64,000 nt of DNA from an uncultured Enterobacteriaceae bacterium (GTDB lineage: Bacteria > Myxococcota_A > UBA796 > GCA-2862545): NCBI GenBank assembly GCA_964586865.1, contig CAZPJM010000002.1, positions 463 through 64,462 of the forward strand. The letters run 5' to 3'. Made by a program: the position numbers and the translations under genes. Shown in pieces: positions 18,601-27,166 of this stretch. The notes below the pieces were generated by a model that was given only the letters and a program-made list of their open reading frames with translations, was not told the origin of the DNA and did not search any database. Positions within the stretch are counted from its first letter, which is position 1, and each line of letters begins with the position of its first letter.

Positions 18601-18902
18601 ACGGTGACGGCCCCGTAGCCCTCGGCGGCGGTGGCGTTGACCGACTTGACCCCGTCCAGGCCGCGGACCTCCTCCTCGATGGCGAGGACGATGCCCTGCT
18701 CGACCTCGTCCGGGGAGGCGCCCGGGTAGGGCACCCGCACGCTGACCACGTCCAGGCTGAACTCGGGAAAGACCTCCTGCCGGACCTGGAAGAGGCCCAG
18801 GATGATCCCTCCGAGGAGGATGGCGAACATGAGCAGGTTGGCGGCGACGGTGTTGTGCGTCATCCAACCGATGACGCCACCCTTCAGCTTCTTGTCAGCC
18901 AT
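15636..18902 (-). CDS. RND efflux transporter permease (AcrB/CzcA superfamily)
   Basis: 1088 aa with 12-TM RND architecture. The N-terminus WMTHNTVAANLLMFAILLGG and the duplicated halves are typical of the family. Confidence 0.95.
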   Translation of the reverse strand: MADKKLKGGVIGWMTHNTVAANLLMFAILLGGIILGLFQVRQEVFPEFSLDVVSVRVPYPGASPDEVEQGIVLAIEEEVRGLDGVKSVNATAAEGYGAVTVELLLGASPDKVLADVKNAVDGITSFPDDAEEPRVSLLENQRKVINLVIAGDQPLTTLQDLAEDARTELLAHPDITLVELQGIPPNEVSIEISRETLQRYGLTLDEVAMSVRAASVELPAGGVDTERGELLVKVDDRRRTGDAFQDIIVRGTQDGATLRLGDIATIQDSYEENDQASYFEGKRAVQVIAYRVGDETPQAVADAVKAYAAELEATLPPNIEVATLNDDSELLEQRIDLLVSNAAQGLILVLVVLYLFLNVRLAFWTAIGIPISFLGAFALLPGLDITINMISLFAFIIVLGLVVDDAIVVGENIYEKLEQGLKPMEAAVKGAREMAIPVTFAILTTIAAFSPMFFVPGVTGKIFRILPGIVLAVLIFSLVESFLILPSHLGHMTFVERFADRHLKWLDWPSSKVGAGLKWFNERVYEPVLRALVEWRYVLVGASAAVFLLVAGLVGSGFVPATPFPVLEGNRITAAAQLPYGAPLDASERVRRQLEEGARAAMAELGAEDVLVGVYSKVGEGPSAGGPVGGQASSGSHLVTIEMELVGSEKRDVTATQVANAWERAVPTILGLESLTFNANVGPGGEADLNVQLTHPDLDTLVKASSEMEEKIRSYSDLTGVKNSYSAGKPQLTYTLEPMATTLGLTSNEVGRQLRSAFFGAEALREQRGRNEVKVKVRLPRDQRTSEYDLEQLRIRTPGGGFTPLGQVADVTRTTSPTDITREDGQRVIDITALLAEGVDSNQRVTRDLSNNVFPGFQERYPDLEIRFAGSQADLGEAFETLALYYLVALIVIYALLAIPFRSYLQPFVIMGAIPLGFVGAVLGHIALGYSLSMVSAFGIVALSGVVVNDSLVLMDAANNRRREGDDPLTAIIWAGTRRLRPILLTSFTTFFGLLPLIFEQSVQARFIVPMAISLGFGILFATFVILLVVPAGYMILEDLVWAGKQLGKKLLGQEDAEDAEDAPAPAEDGDEDTAPGGLGDARPQPAK

Positions 18903-18905
18903 GGC

Positions 18906-20075
18906 CTACTCCCCGCCCATCTGGGCGACCTGGGCCTCGGCGGCCACCGGCATGCCCTGCACCGGCTGAGCCAGGGCGGTGACCACCGCTCGATCGCCGG
19001 GCTCGAGCCCGTCGGTGACGTAGACATGATCCTCGGTGCGCCACCCGACCTGCACCTCGCGTCGCTGGAGGGTGTCGTCGGCGGCGACCCAGACCGCCTC
19101 GGTGCCGTCGAGGGCCGCGCGAGGCACGGCCACCACCCCGTCGAGGGTGCGGCCCACCAGCTCCACCTCGACGAAGGCGCCGGGCAGGAGAGGCTCCTGG
19201 CCGGATATGGGGGTCTCGACGCGGACGGTCACCTGGGCGGTGCGGGTCTGGCCGTCCAGCTCGCCGCTCACGCCGGTGAGGCGGCCGGGGCGCACCACCC
19301 GGGCCTCGTCGGTCAGGTCCTGGGAGACCCGGGCGGGGGAGCCCAGCTCGGCGTTCACCCCGGGGATGTCCAGGACCGAGAGCTCCTCGACGGGCACCGA
19401 GGCCACCACGCGGACGGCGTCGGTCCCGACCAGGGTGACGGCCTGGGTGGAGGGGCCTGCGAACTGGCCCAGGTCGGTCTGCTCGGAGACCACGATGGCG
19501 TTGAAGGGCGCCTGGAGGCGGGTGCGGGCCAGATTCTTGCGGGCCCGGGCCACCGCCGCCTCGGCGCTCTTGACGTTCGCCCGAGCCACCTCGAGGTGGG
19601 GCTCGCGGAGGGTGAGGGAGTCGGCCTCGTCCTGGGCGCCCAGCAGCTCCACCTCGCGGCGGGCGGTGAGCTGGCGCTTCTCCTCCAGGGCCAGCTCGAG
19701 CCGGGCCTGGGCCAGGCGTGCCTCCTCGGCGGCGAGGGCCGAGACGTAGTCCTGGGCGTCCACCTTGAGCAGGGTCTCCCCTTCCTCGAAGCGGCCGCCC
19801 GGGTGGAGGTCGGGGCTCACCCAGGTGACCCTGCCCTGGACCTCGGGGGAGAGGGCCACCTGCTGGTCGGCCTGGACGGTGCCGTTGACCCGGACCAGGG
19901 CGGCGGTGGAGATGGGCTCGAGGGGCACCACCTCGACCGGGGTGGGCGCCTTCTCGGGCTCGCCGCTGTCGGCGCCCGGCGCCCCGAAGATCATCGCCGC
20001 GGCACCGCCGGCCCCGCAGGCCACCAGCCCCAGCGGAAGGACCCCCCGCGTGAGGATTCGACCGAGGATCGTCAT
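18906..20075 (-). CDS. RND efflux periplasmic adaptor (MFP) lipoprotein
   Basis: The ATG at 20075 overlaps the OMF stop (ATGA). The lipobox reads PLGLVAC. HlyD_D23-like lipoyl/beta-barrel motifs are present. Confidence 0.85.
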   Translation of the reverse strand: MTILGRILTRGVLPLGLVACGAGGAAAMIFGAPGADSGEPEKAPTPVEVVPLEPISTAALVRVNGTVQADQQVALSPEVQGRVTWVSPDLHPGGRFEEGETLLKVDAQDYVSALAAEEARLAQARLELALEEKRQLTARREVELLGAQDEADSLTLREPHLEVARANVKSAEAAVARARKNLARTRLQAPFNAIVVSEQTDLGQFAGPSTQAVTLVGTDAVRVVASVPVEELSVLDIPGVNAELGSPARVSQDLTDEARVVRPGRLTGVSGELDGQTRTAQVTVRVETPISGQEPLLPGAFVEVELVGRTLDGVVAVPRAALDGTEAVWVAADDTLQRREVQVGWRTEDHVYVTDGLEPGDRAVVTALAQPVQGMPVAAEAQVAQMGGE

Positions 20076-21499
20076 GGGGCAGCCTCCGCAGACTGGGCGA
20101 GATCGGTGGTCCAGGACCCGCCGAGGGCCTGGTGGAGCGAGATGCGGGCCGACCACAGGTCGCGGCGGCCCTGAAGGAGCTGGAGCTCGGCGCTCTGGCG
20201 GGTGCCGAGGGTGCTCTGGACGTTGAGCCAGGTGGTGAGCCCGTCCAGGTACTGGCGGCGCGCGGCCTGGTAGGCGGCGTCCGCCGCGTCGAGCTGGGCC
20301 TGGTAGGCGGCCACGGCCTCGGCCTGGGCGGCCTCCTGGGCCAGGGCGGCCTCCACGTCCTGCACCGCCCGCAGGACGGTGCCGCGGTAGGCGGCCTCCT
20401 GGGCCTCGACCACGCCCCGAGCCTGCCGGATCTGACCGAGGGTCCGGCCCCCGTTGAACAGGGGGACCGTGATGTTGGCGCCCGCGTTCCAGTAGGTCTG
20501 GTCGCTGAACTCCGCCAGGTCGAAGTACTGCCAGCCCGCCGTGGCGGAGACGCCGACGGTGGGGAGCAGCGAGGTGGTGGCGGCCCAGCGCCGGTCCCGG
20601 GCGCTCCGGAGGCGGGCCTCGGCGGCCCGGAGGTCGGGGCGATGGCGGACCAGATCGGCCGGCGTGCCCACCGCCGGCTCGCCGGGCACGCCGGGCAGGG
20701 TGTCGGCGGTGGGGACCCGATCCAGGGGGAGCTCGCCCATCAGCACGGCCAGGCGCTGCTCGGAGGTCCGCAGCAGCAGGTCGGCCGAGGGACGCTGGGC
20801 TTGGGTCGTGGCGAGCTGCTGGCGCTGCTGGAGGACGTCGAGGGAGGTGGAGTCGCCGCGCTGGTAGCGCAGGTCCAGGACCTCCAGGAGCTCCTCGTTC
20901 CGGCCGATCTGGGCATCCACGATGGCCAGGCGTTCCCGGGCGGTGGCCACGTCCAGGTAGGCGCCCACCACCTGCTCCACCGTGCCCACCCCGGCCTCGG
21001 CCAGGTCCTGCCGGGCCGCCTCCGACTCCCGGGTCGCGGCCTGCCAGGAGGCCACCCCGCTGCCGAAGACATCGAGGTTCCAGTCCGCGTCCAGGGTGGC
21101 CGAGCCCTGGCTGTAGGTGCTGGGGGGCTCGGGGGCGCCGGGCTGCTGGGGCAGGCCGCCGAACTGGAAGCCCAGGCTGTCGGTCGGGGCGACGGTGGTG
21201 CGGGCGCTGGCGCTGACCGCGGGCAGGAAGCCGGCGGCCGCCGACAGGGCGGAGCCCTCGGCCTGGGTCACGGCGGCCCGGGAGCGTCGGAGGTCCGGGT
21301 TGCGGGCCAGGGCGATCCGGACCACCTCGGTCAGGCGGTCATCCCCGAGCTGCTCCCACCAGGGCGTGGCCGGCACCGGATCGGCCCGGCCGCCGGTGAA
21401 CCGGGCGTCGTCGGGGGGCGCCAGGGCCTCCACCGGATCGGCGATGGCCGGGGTCGCGAGGGAGAGCCCGAGGGCCAGGGCGAGGAGGCGGCGACTCAT
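20072..21499 (-). CDS. outer-membrane efflux factor (NodT/TolC family) of the RND operon
   Basis: The ATG at 21499 overlaps the tetR stop (ATGA). PWWEQLGDDRLTEVVRIALARNPDLR is a typical OMF N-terminal motif. Confidence 0.85.
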   Translation of the reverse strand: MSRRLLALALGLSLATPAIADPVEALAPPDDARFTGGRADPVPATPWWEQLGDDRLTEVVRIALARNPDLRRSRAAVTQAEGSALSAAAGFLPAVSASARTTVAPTDSLGFQFGGLPQQPGAPEPPSTYSQGSATLDADWNLDVFGSGVASWQAATRESEAARQDLAEAGVGTVEQVVGAYLDVATARERLAIVDAQIGRNEELLEVLDLRYQRGDSTSLDVLQQRQQLATTQAQRPSADLLLRTSEQRLAVLMGELPLDRVPTADTLPGVPGEPAVGTPADLVRHRPDLRAAEARLRSARDRRWAATTSLLPTVGVSATAGWQYFDLAEFSDQTYWNAGANITVPLFNGGRTLGQIRQARGVVEAQEAAYRGTVLRAVQDVEAALAQEAAQAEAVAAYQAQLDAADAAYQAARRQYLDGLTTWLNVQSTLGTRQSAELQLLQGRRDLWSARISLHQALGGSWTTDLAQSAEAAP

Positions 21500-22134
21500 G
21501 GAACCTCCACCGGCGCCACGCCCCGCCACAGGGTGCGCACCAGGGAACGGACGTAGGTGGCATCGGCGCCGACGGTGTGGTCCTGCTGGAGCATGTGGCC
21601 CAGGTAGGCGCGGACATGGAGACCCCCCATGAACTGCATCGCGACGAGGGAGGGGTCGTCCACGGCGATGCGATCGGCCTGCGCCGCTGCGGCGAACCAC
21701 GCGGTCAGGCGCTGGTGGGCGCGCACCGGGGGAGGCACGGCGTAGCGGGCCATGATCCGGTCCGGGTCCACCCCGGCCGACTTGAGCACCATCATGCGAG
21801 GCATGAGCGTGCGCATGAAGGAGAGCGCGTCGAGGCCGATCTCGGTGAGCTGATCCTCGATCTGCCGGTCGTCCGGCGTGCTGGGGATGCGCTCGAACCA
21901 CGCGTCGCGCTCCGGAGGGGCGAGGGCTTCGATGATGAGGTTCTCCTTCGTCTGGAAGCGCTTGAACAGGGCCGCCTGGGAGAGCCCCACCTGGGCCGCG
22001 ATGTGGGCGGTGCTGACTTGGGCCCCGTGCTCCAGGAAGCAGTCCCGGGCGATGGCCAGGACCTCTTCGTCGGGGATGTGCCTGCGGCGGGCCACGTGGA
22101 CTCCGGTGGACGCGGACGGTAAGTGAGTGCTCAC
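21496..22134 (-). CDS. TetR-family transcriptional repressor
   Basis: The HTH reads VSTAHIAAQVGLSQAALFKRFQTKENL. The track start is GTG 22134. An in-frame GTG at 22095 is an alternative and would place palindrome 22123-22138 in the 5' UTR. Confidence 0.85.
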   Translation of the reverse strand: MSTHLPSASTGVHVARRRHIPDEEVLAIARDCFLEHGAQVSTAHIAAQVGLSQAALFKRFQTKENLIIEALAPPERDAWFERIPSTPDDRQIEDQLTEIGLDALSFMRTLMPRMMVLKSAGVDPDRIMARYAVPPPVRAHQRLTAWFAAAAQADRIAVDDPSLVAMQFMGGLHVRAYLGHMLQQDHTVGADATYVRSLVRTLWRGVAPVEVP

Positions 22135-22138
22135 TCAC
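22123..22138. promoter_or_regulatory. perfect palindrome GTGAGTG-CT-CACTCAC, candidate TetR operator O1
   Basis: Read directly from the sequence. It sits at or just upstream of the tetR start. Confidence 0.5.
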
Positions 22139-22197
22139 CCTTGATGATCCAGCCCTAGGCGCCCGTTCGGAACCTGTCCAGCCGTGAGAGTCATTTA

Positions 22198-22217
22198 GTG
22201 AGTGACCAGACACTCAC
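22198..22217. promoter_or_regulatory. palindrome GTGAGTG-ACCAGA-CACTCAC, candidate TetR operator O2
   Basis: It has the same 7-bp arms as O1 with a 6-bp spacer. It lies 60-80 bp upstream of tetR in the only intergenic region of the operon. Confidence 0.45.
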
Positions 22218-22281
22218 CTTCAGGTGACGGCGCGGCGACGACCGCCTCCCCAGCGGGCTCGTCGGGGGGCCTCAGGGATCG

Positions 22282-24846
22282 TCAGGTGGCCGGTGCGCCG
22301 CGCTCCAGGTCCACGTCGGGGTCGAGGCGATAGCCGCCGTCCACCGTCTGGAGCAGCTCGGCGAAGCCCCGGGTCCGGAGGTCGCGGATGGCGGCGTACA
22401 GCCTCGCCTTCGCGGCGTCGGGGAGGATCTGCTCGCCGGGCCAGCCGGCCTCGACCAGCGCATCGGCGCTGAGCGCCCCCGCCGGCTCCTCTTCGCGGTG
22501 GCGGGCCAGGGCGGCCAGGATCCGACTGGCGGCCCGACGGCGGGAGAGATCCACGTCCTCACCGGTGGGGCTCCGGGCCCAGGTCCCATCCGCCGCCACC
22601 ACCCAACCGGGCCGTCGCGCCAGGACCCCCTCGGTCAGGACCCGCATGAAGCGATGGTCGAGGGCGTCGGCACCGCCCCCGGAGAGGGCCTCGCGGACCG
22701 CACGACGGGAGGCTCGACCCTCGAGGAAGTCGAGCAGGACCGCATCCAGTGGCGGGACCTGGACGGCTTCGGGGGCCTCGGGGAGCTGGCCACGCTCGGC
22801 GCGACACAGCCGCCAGGGTCGGTGCAGCAGGGGGCCCAGGTTCCACCCCCACCCCTCCCGCGCGGCGCGGGCGGCCCAGGCATAGCCCTCCTCGGCGGCC
22901 ACCAGATCCCCCTCCAGGTGGGCGAGCACCGCCCGGCCCAGGGCCACCCAGGGCTCACCGCGGCGGGTCTCCAGGCGGCGCAGCTCCCGCTCGGCCATCA
23001 GGAGCTCCCGCCGCGCCTCGTCGACCGGCACCCGACCCACCCGCGACACCGCCCATCGGGCGTGCAGGTTGGTCGTGACCTCCGGATCCGGGTAGCGCCT
23101 GGCGCGCTCGTGGATCCTGGGCCACAGCTCGTCCACCCCTTCCACGTCGCCTCGGTCGAGCAGGCTGGTGGCCAGGTTGATGAGGACCACGCACTCGACA
23201 TGCGGGTCGGCCACCCGGTCCAGCAGCTCCCGCGCCAGCAGCCGGACCTGCGCCGGATCGGGCTCGGCCATGAAGATCTGCGTCTCGAGCACCACGGCGT
23301 AGGTCTCGAGATCCACCGAGCGGGCGTGCCGCACGGCCTCACGCAGGCGCGCCATCGCCTCGCCGTCTCGGCCCAGGCTCCGCAGGAGGCGCCCCCAGCT
23401 CCCGAGGGCCCGGGCGAGCAGCTCGGCATCCCCGGAGGCCCGGGCGGCCTCCACCACGCCGGGCATCTCCTCGAGGGCCTCCTGCCGCTGCCCGGCGTAG
23501 AGGCGCTCCACCGCACGGTGGATCCGCAGCCGCAGGACCGCCTCCGCCTCGCCGGCGGCCCGGGCCTGCTCCTGGCTCGCGTCCAGCGCGGCGAGGGCCT
23601 CGGCGGGCCGTCCCTGCCGGCGCAGGCCCGAAGCGCGGTTCGTCTCGATCCCGCGCCGCCATCGCCAGGGGATCCGACCCAGGAGCGGCGTCAGGACCGC
23701 GTACAGCCCGGGCGCCTCGGCGGGTCGGGCGTGCTCGACGTGGGTGGTGAGGGCGCTGGCCACCGCGCCCAGGGCCTGGGGGGGGAGGTCGGCGGGCGCA
23801 TCGAGCAGACGGCGGAGATCGCGGGAGCGGCGGGCGATGCGGCGCCGTGCCGGATGGGGCCGGGAGGCGTGGTAGCGGCGCCACAGCGGCTCGACCCACC
23901 GGGCCAGGCCCTCGGCGAAGGCCCGGCGGACCTCCGGGGGGGGAGGGGCCTCGGTGTGGACGTAGGCCCGCACCTCGGGTCGCAGGGTGAGCAGGACCTC
24001 GGGCCCGTCCAGCACCCGACCCACCAGAGAGCGCTTTCGGAGGGTGAGGATCTCCGGGGGCTCGGCGCCGGCCGCCCGGGCCTCGTCGAGGGTGAACGGG
24101 CCGTCGAAGCCCACCAGGACCTGAAGCGTGCGGAGGGCTCCTGGCTCGAGGCGGTCCACGCTGCGGGCCACCACCGCCGCCAGGGATCGGTGGCCCGGAG
24201 GGTGCTCCCCCGGCAGATCGGTGAGGGTGAGACCGGCTTCGAGGGCCTCCACCAGCCCGGCGACGCCCTGCAGGGGGGTGTGGCCGGCGGCCAGCTCGAT
24301 GCCGAGGGGCAGGCCGTCGACCAGCCGCACCAGGCGGTCCACCGCCGCGACGTCGCGCTCCGGATCCACCACCCGCGCGTCGGCCCGCGCCACGAAGAGC
24401 TCCCGGGCCGGCTCGGGCCCGAGCGCCGGGACGTCGACCACCCGGGCATGGATGGAGCTGGGGATCGTGCGGCTGGTCAGGACCCCCGCCCCACCGGCCT
24501 CCACCCAGCCGGCGACGAGCTCCAGGGCCTCGGCATCCAGGAGATCCAGATCGTCCAGGACGACGCGACCGGGGTGCGCCGCCAGGGCCTCTCCCAACAC
24601 GGCGGCGGCCTGCCCCGCCCGGCGAGGCACGGGGATGCCGGTCGCCTCGGCCACCCGGGCCAGGACCTGCCCCCGGTCCCGCGCCCCCGCCAGGTCGACC
24701 CACAGCCCCCGGTCGGTCAGCAAGGACCGGGCGATGGAGGACTTGCCGATCCCCCCGGGTCCCACCAGGAGCACCGGGCCTTCGCCGGCCTCGAGCTGGG
24801 CCTCCAGGGACGCGAGAAGCTCGTCCCGACCGTACAGGCGCTCCAA
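22282..24846 (-). CDS. STAND/AAA ATPase - TPR - C-terminal OmpR/PhoB-type winged-helix transcriptional regulator
   Basis: The start is TTG 24846, with GGAGG 6 nt upstream. It has a P-loop (GPGGIGKS), Walker B (RVVLDDLD) and long helical repeats. The C-terminus LYAAIRDLRTRGFAELLQTVDGGYRL is typical of Trans_reg_C. Confidence 0.75.
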   Translation of the reverse strand: MERLYGRDELLASLEAQLEAGEGPVLLVGPGGIGKSSIARSLLTDRGLWVDLAGARDRGQVLARVAEATGIPVPRRAGQAAAVLGEALAAHPGRVVLDDLDLLDAEALELVAGWVEAGGAGVLTSRTIPSSIHARVVDVPALGPEPARELFVARADARVVDPERDVAAVDRLVRLVDGLPLGIELAAGHTPLQGVAGLVEALEAGLTLTDLPGEHPPGHRSLAAVVARSVDRLEPGALRTLQVLVGFDGPFTLDEARAAGAEPPEILTLRKRSLVGRVLDGPEVLLTLRPEVRAYVHTEAPPPPEVRRAFAEGLARWVEPLWRRYHASRPHPARRRIARRSRDLRRLLDAPADLPPQALGAVASALTTHVEHARPAEAPGLYAVLTPLLGRIPWRWRRGIETNRASGLRRQGRPAEALAALDASQEQARAAGEAEAVLRLRIHRAVERLYAGQRQEALEEMPGVVEAARASGDAELLARALGSWGRLLRSLGRDGEAMARLREAVRHARSVDLETYAVVLETQIFMAEPDPAQVRLLARELLDRVADPHVECVVLINLATSLLDRGDVEGVDELWPRIHERARRYPDPEVTTNLHARWAVSRVGRVPVDEARRELLMAERELRRLETRRGEPWVALGRAVLAHLEGDLVAAEEGYAWAARAAREGWGWNLGPLLHRPWRLCRAERGQLPEAPEAVQVPPLDAVLLDFLEGRASRRAVREALSGGGADALDHRFMRVLTEGVLARRPGWVVAADGTWARSPTGEDVDLSRRRAASRILAALARHREEEPAGALSADALVEAGWPGEQILPDAAKARLYAAIRDLRTRGFAELLQTVDGGYRLDPDVDLERGAPAT

Positions 24847-24919
24847 GCGCCACCTCCGGCCCGAGACTACCGCGCGCCAGGCGAGGCTGTCATCGGCCCC
24901 TCTCCCCCTGCGGGCCCGC

Positions 24920-26584
24920 TCACGCCGCCGGTGCCGGTTCCTCGCCGGGAACGCCGGCCAGCAGTCCTTCCAGGGGCACCCGGTAGATGGGCTCGCCCTG
25001 GACCCCCAGGCCGTCCAGGATGGCGTTGGCCGCGAGCAGGCCGCTGGTGAAGGCGGCCTCCATCAGCATGGACGGGAAGGGCATCTTGACCCAGTCGCCC
25101 GCCAGGTACAGCCCGGGCAGGGCCGTCTCGACCCCCGGGCGGTGCCGGTACAGGCCGGTGTGGAAGGCCGGGAAGTCACCGCGGATCTGGAGGTACTCCC
25201 TGAGGATCCGGGCCCCCTCCAGCTCGGGGAAGAAGCGGTGCAGATCGCGCAGGAAGGCCGCCGGCACCCCCTCGTCGTCGAGGCTGTCGGGGAGGGCATA
25301 GCAGTGGAGCTCCAGCACGCTGCCCCCGCCCCGCGCCTCGACCCAGGCCCGGCTCTCGGCCTCGTAGCGGTGGAAGGTGGTCACCGAGTCCAGCAGCTCC
25401 ACCCGGTCGGTGACGGTGAACTGGGGGAGCCCCTCCTCGATGTCGCGATCGAGCCAGATCCGCCACACGGCGTAGCGCTGGCCGGCCGGCAGGGCCTTGA
25501 GGCGACGCGCCAGGTCCGGGTCGCCCCGCTCCAGGTCCGGGCTGGCGGCGACGATGGACTGGACGCCGGGCAGGTGGGCCGCCAGGACCACCTCGTCGAA
25601 CCACTCCTCGCCGATGGCGTAGCCCCCATCCACCCGGGAGATGCGATCCACCGGGGCGCCGAGCCGCAGCTCCACGTCGTGGGCCTCCAGGTGCCGCCGC
25701 CAGGGCTCGAGCACCGCCCGGTGGTGGTCCTCGGTGGGGAAGTCGTACTCCAGCCCCTCGTCGTGGGAGAGGTAGTAGAAGTGGAAGCTCTTGATGAGCT
25801 CGGCCATGCTCATCTTGTCGGGGTCGGCGAAGAAGGCCCTCGAGAAGCTCGTGAAGGCCCGCGCCAGGTCAGGCCCGATCCCGGCCCGCTCGATGAAGGA
25901 CTCGAAGGAGATGTCGTCCCACTTCTCGTAGGTGGAGTCGGGATCGTAGCGGAGCAACGCCTCCATGCGCTTGCTCGCCACCGGATCACGGACGATGGCG
26001 CGCCAGTCGTACACCCCTCGCCAGGCCAGGTGGACGATGTTCAGGGCCGGTGTCGACTCCACGCCGCCGAAGCCCACCGACCGCCCGTCGGGCATGCGGA
26101 TCAGGTACTCCTCGATGGGGCGGAAGCCCTGGTAGACCCCGAGGGTCTCGCGGAGGAAGCGGGTCCAGTTCCAGTAGTGGCGGAAGTAGGCGTGGAAGCC
26201 GTGCTCCACCATGGCGGTCCCGCCGTCCGGGAAGGTCACGGGCCAGGCCCCGATCTTGCCCCCCAGGTAGGTGTTGGCCTCGAGGACCGTCACCGAGACG
26301 CCGCGCTCGGCGAGGGCGGTGGCCGCCGAGAGACCGGCGATGCCCCCGCCCACCACCGCCACCCGGTGGGTGCGGGGCGTCTGCCGCGGCAGGTCCGCAG
26401 CCGGCAGGGAGTGGACGTGACGGTAGCCCCCGAGCCGGGTGCGCACGAGCCAGGCGAGGAGGGGTCGGAAGCCCAGGAAGCGGGAGGCCGGGGCCGGGAG
26501 GAGCCAGGTCCGCAGCCCGACGATCACCAGCGCCAGGCCCGGAATCCCCACCAGGACTGCCAGCATCCACCACACCCACGCCAT
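24920..26584 (-). CDS. FAD-dependent oxidoreductase (amine oxidase/phytoene desaturase superfamily) with N-terminal TM helix
   Basis: The dinucleotide fold reads VAVVGGGIAGLSAATALAERGVSVTVLEANTYLGGK. The N-terminus MAWVWWMLAVLVGIPGLALVIVGL is hydrophobic. Confidence 0.75.
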   Translation of the reverse strand: MAWVWWMLAVLVGIPGLALVIVGLRTWLLPAPASRFLGFRPLLAWLVRTRLGGYRHVHSLPAADLPRQTPRTHRVAVVGGGIAGLSAATALAERGVSVTVLEANTYLGGKIGAWPVTFPDGGTAMVEHGFHAYFRHYWNWTRFLRETLGVYQGFRPIEEYLIRMPDGRSVGFGGVESTPALNIVHLAWRGVYDWRAIVRDPVASKRMEALLRYDPDSTYEKWDDISFESFIERAGIGPDLARAFTSFSRAFFADPDKMSMAELIKSFHFYYLSHDEGLEYDFPTEDHHRAVLEPWRRHLEAHDVELRLGAPVDRISRVDGGYAIGEEWFDEVVLAAHLPGVQSIVAASPDLERGDPDLARRLKALPAGQRYAVWRIWLDRDIEEGLPQFTVTDRVELLDSVTTFHRYEAESRAWVEARGGGSVLELHCYALPDSLDDEGVPAAFLRDLHRFFPELEGARILREYLQIRGDFPAFHTGLYRHRPGVETALPGLYLAGDWVKMPFPSMLMEAAFTSGLLAANAILDGLGVQGEPIYRVPLEGLLAGVPGEEPAPAA

Positions 26585-26713
26585 CGCGCCTCCAGACCTG
26601 GCGGTGTGCCCGCGAGGACCACCGGCCCGGCCTTCACGCCGCTAACGCCCCCGACGGTCCCGTCACGGGCGGCGGGCGGGCTGGGGGGGCTCCCTCACCA
26701 GGGGCCCGGAGGG

Positions 26714-27166
26714 TCAGCCGGCGTCGGCCTCTCGCTCCTCGTCGTGCTTGAGCACCAGCACCGGACGCTTGGAGAGCCGGACGATCCGCTCGGCCACGCT
26801 GCCGAGGGCGGCGCGCATGAGGCCCGTCCGGCCGTGGGAGCTCACGACCACCATGTCGGCGTCGATCTCCTCGGCCAGGTCGGCCACGGTGCTGCTGGGC
26901 GTGCCGATGAGCACGTGGGCGTGGACGGCAGCCAGGTCGCGCTCGGCCAGCATCTCCTCGAGGGCCTCCCGGACCCGGGCGAGCCGGACTTGATCGTCGA
27001 CGGTGCCCCACACGATGCCGGGCGACGGCGGGACCACGGGCACCAGCACGCTCACCACGTGCACCTGGGAGGGGTCGTCCACCAGGCCGAGGGCGGCCTG
27101 GAGGGCCTGGAGAGAGAGGTCCGAGAAGTCGGTGGGGACGAGGACGGTGCGGGGGGGGATGGCCAT
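26714..27166 (-). CDS. universal stress protein (UspA family)
   Basis: 150 aa. The motifs VLVPTDFSD...VVSSHGRTGLMRAALGSVAERIVRLSKRPVLVL are typical of the family. Confidence 0.9.
   Translation of the reverse strand: MAIPPRTVLVPTDFSDLSLQALQAALGLVDDPSQVHVVSVLVPVVPPSPGIVWGTVDDQVRLARVREALEEMLAERDLAAVHAHVLIGTPSSTVADLAEEIDADMVVVSSHGRTGLMRAALGSVAERIVRLSKRPVLVLKHDEEREADAG

Noticed and set aside
16128-20174. A 1348-aa ORF on the plus strand, together with other very long track ORFs: 737-2410 +, 3282-5855 -, 8010-9695 -, 10109-12040 +, 22498-25050 +, 24128-27181 +, 33227-37726 +, 52584-55466 +, 55379-58255 +, 57384-60077 -.
   Set aside because: All lie antisense or out of frame to genes with clear family signatures (RND pump, ABC-F, metzincin, cco genes, kinases). 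Their translations are Arg/Pro/Gly/Ala/His-rich low complexity with no motifs. Long shadow ORFs are expected in ~70% GC DNA because stop codons are AT-rich.
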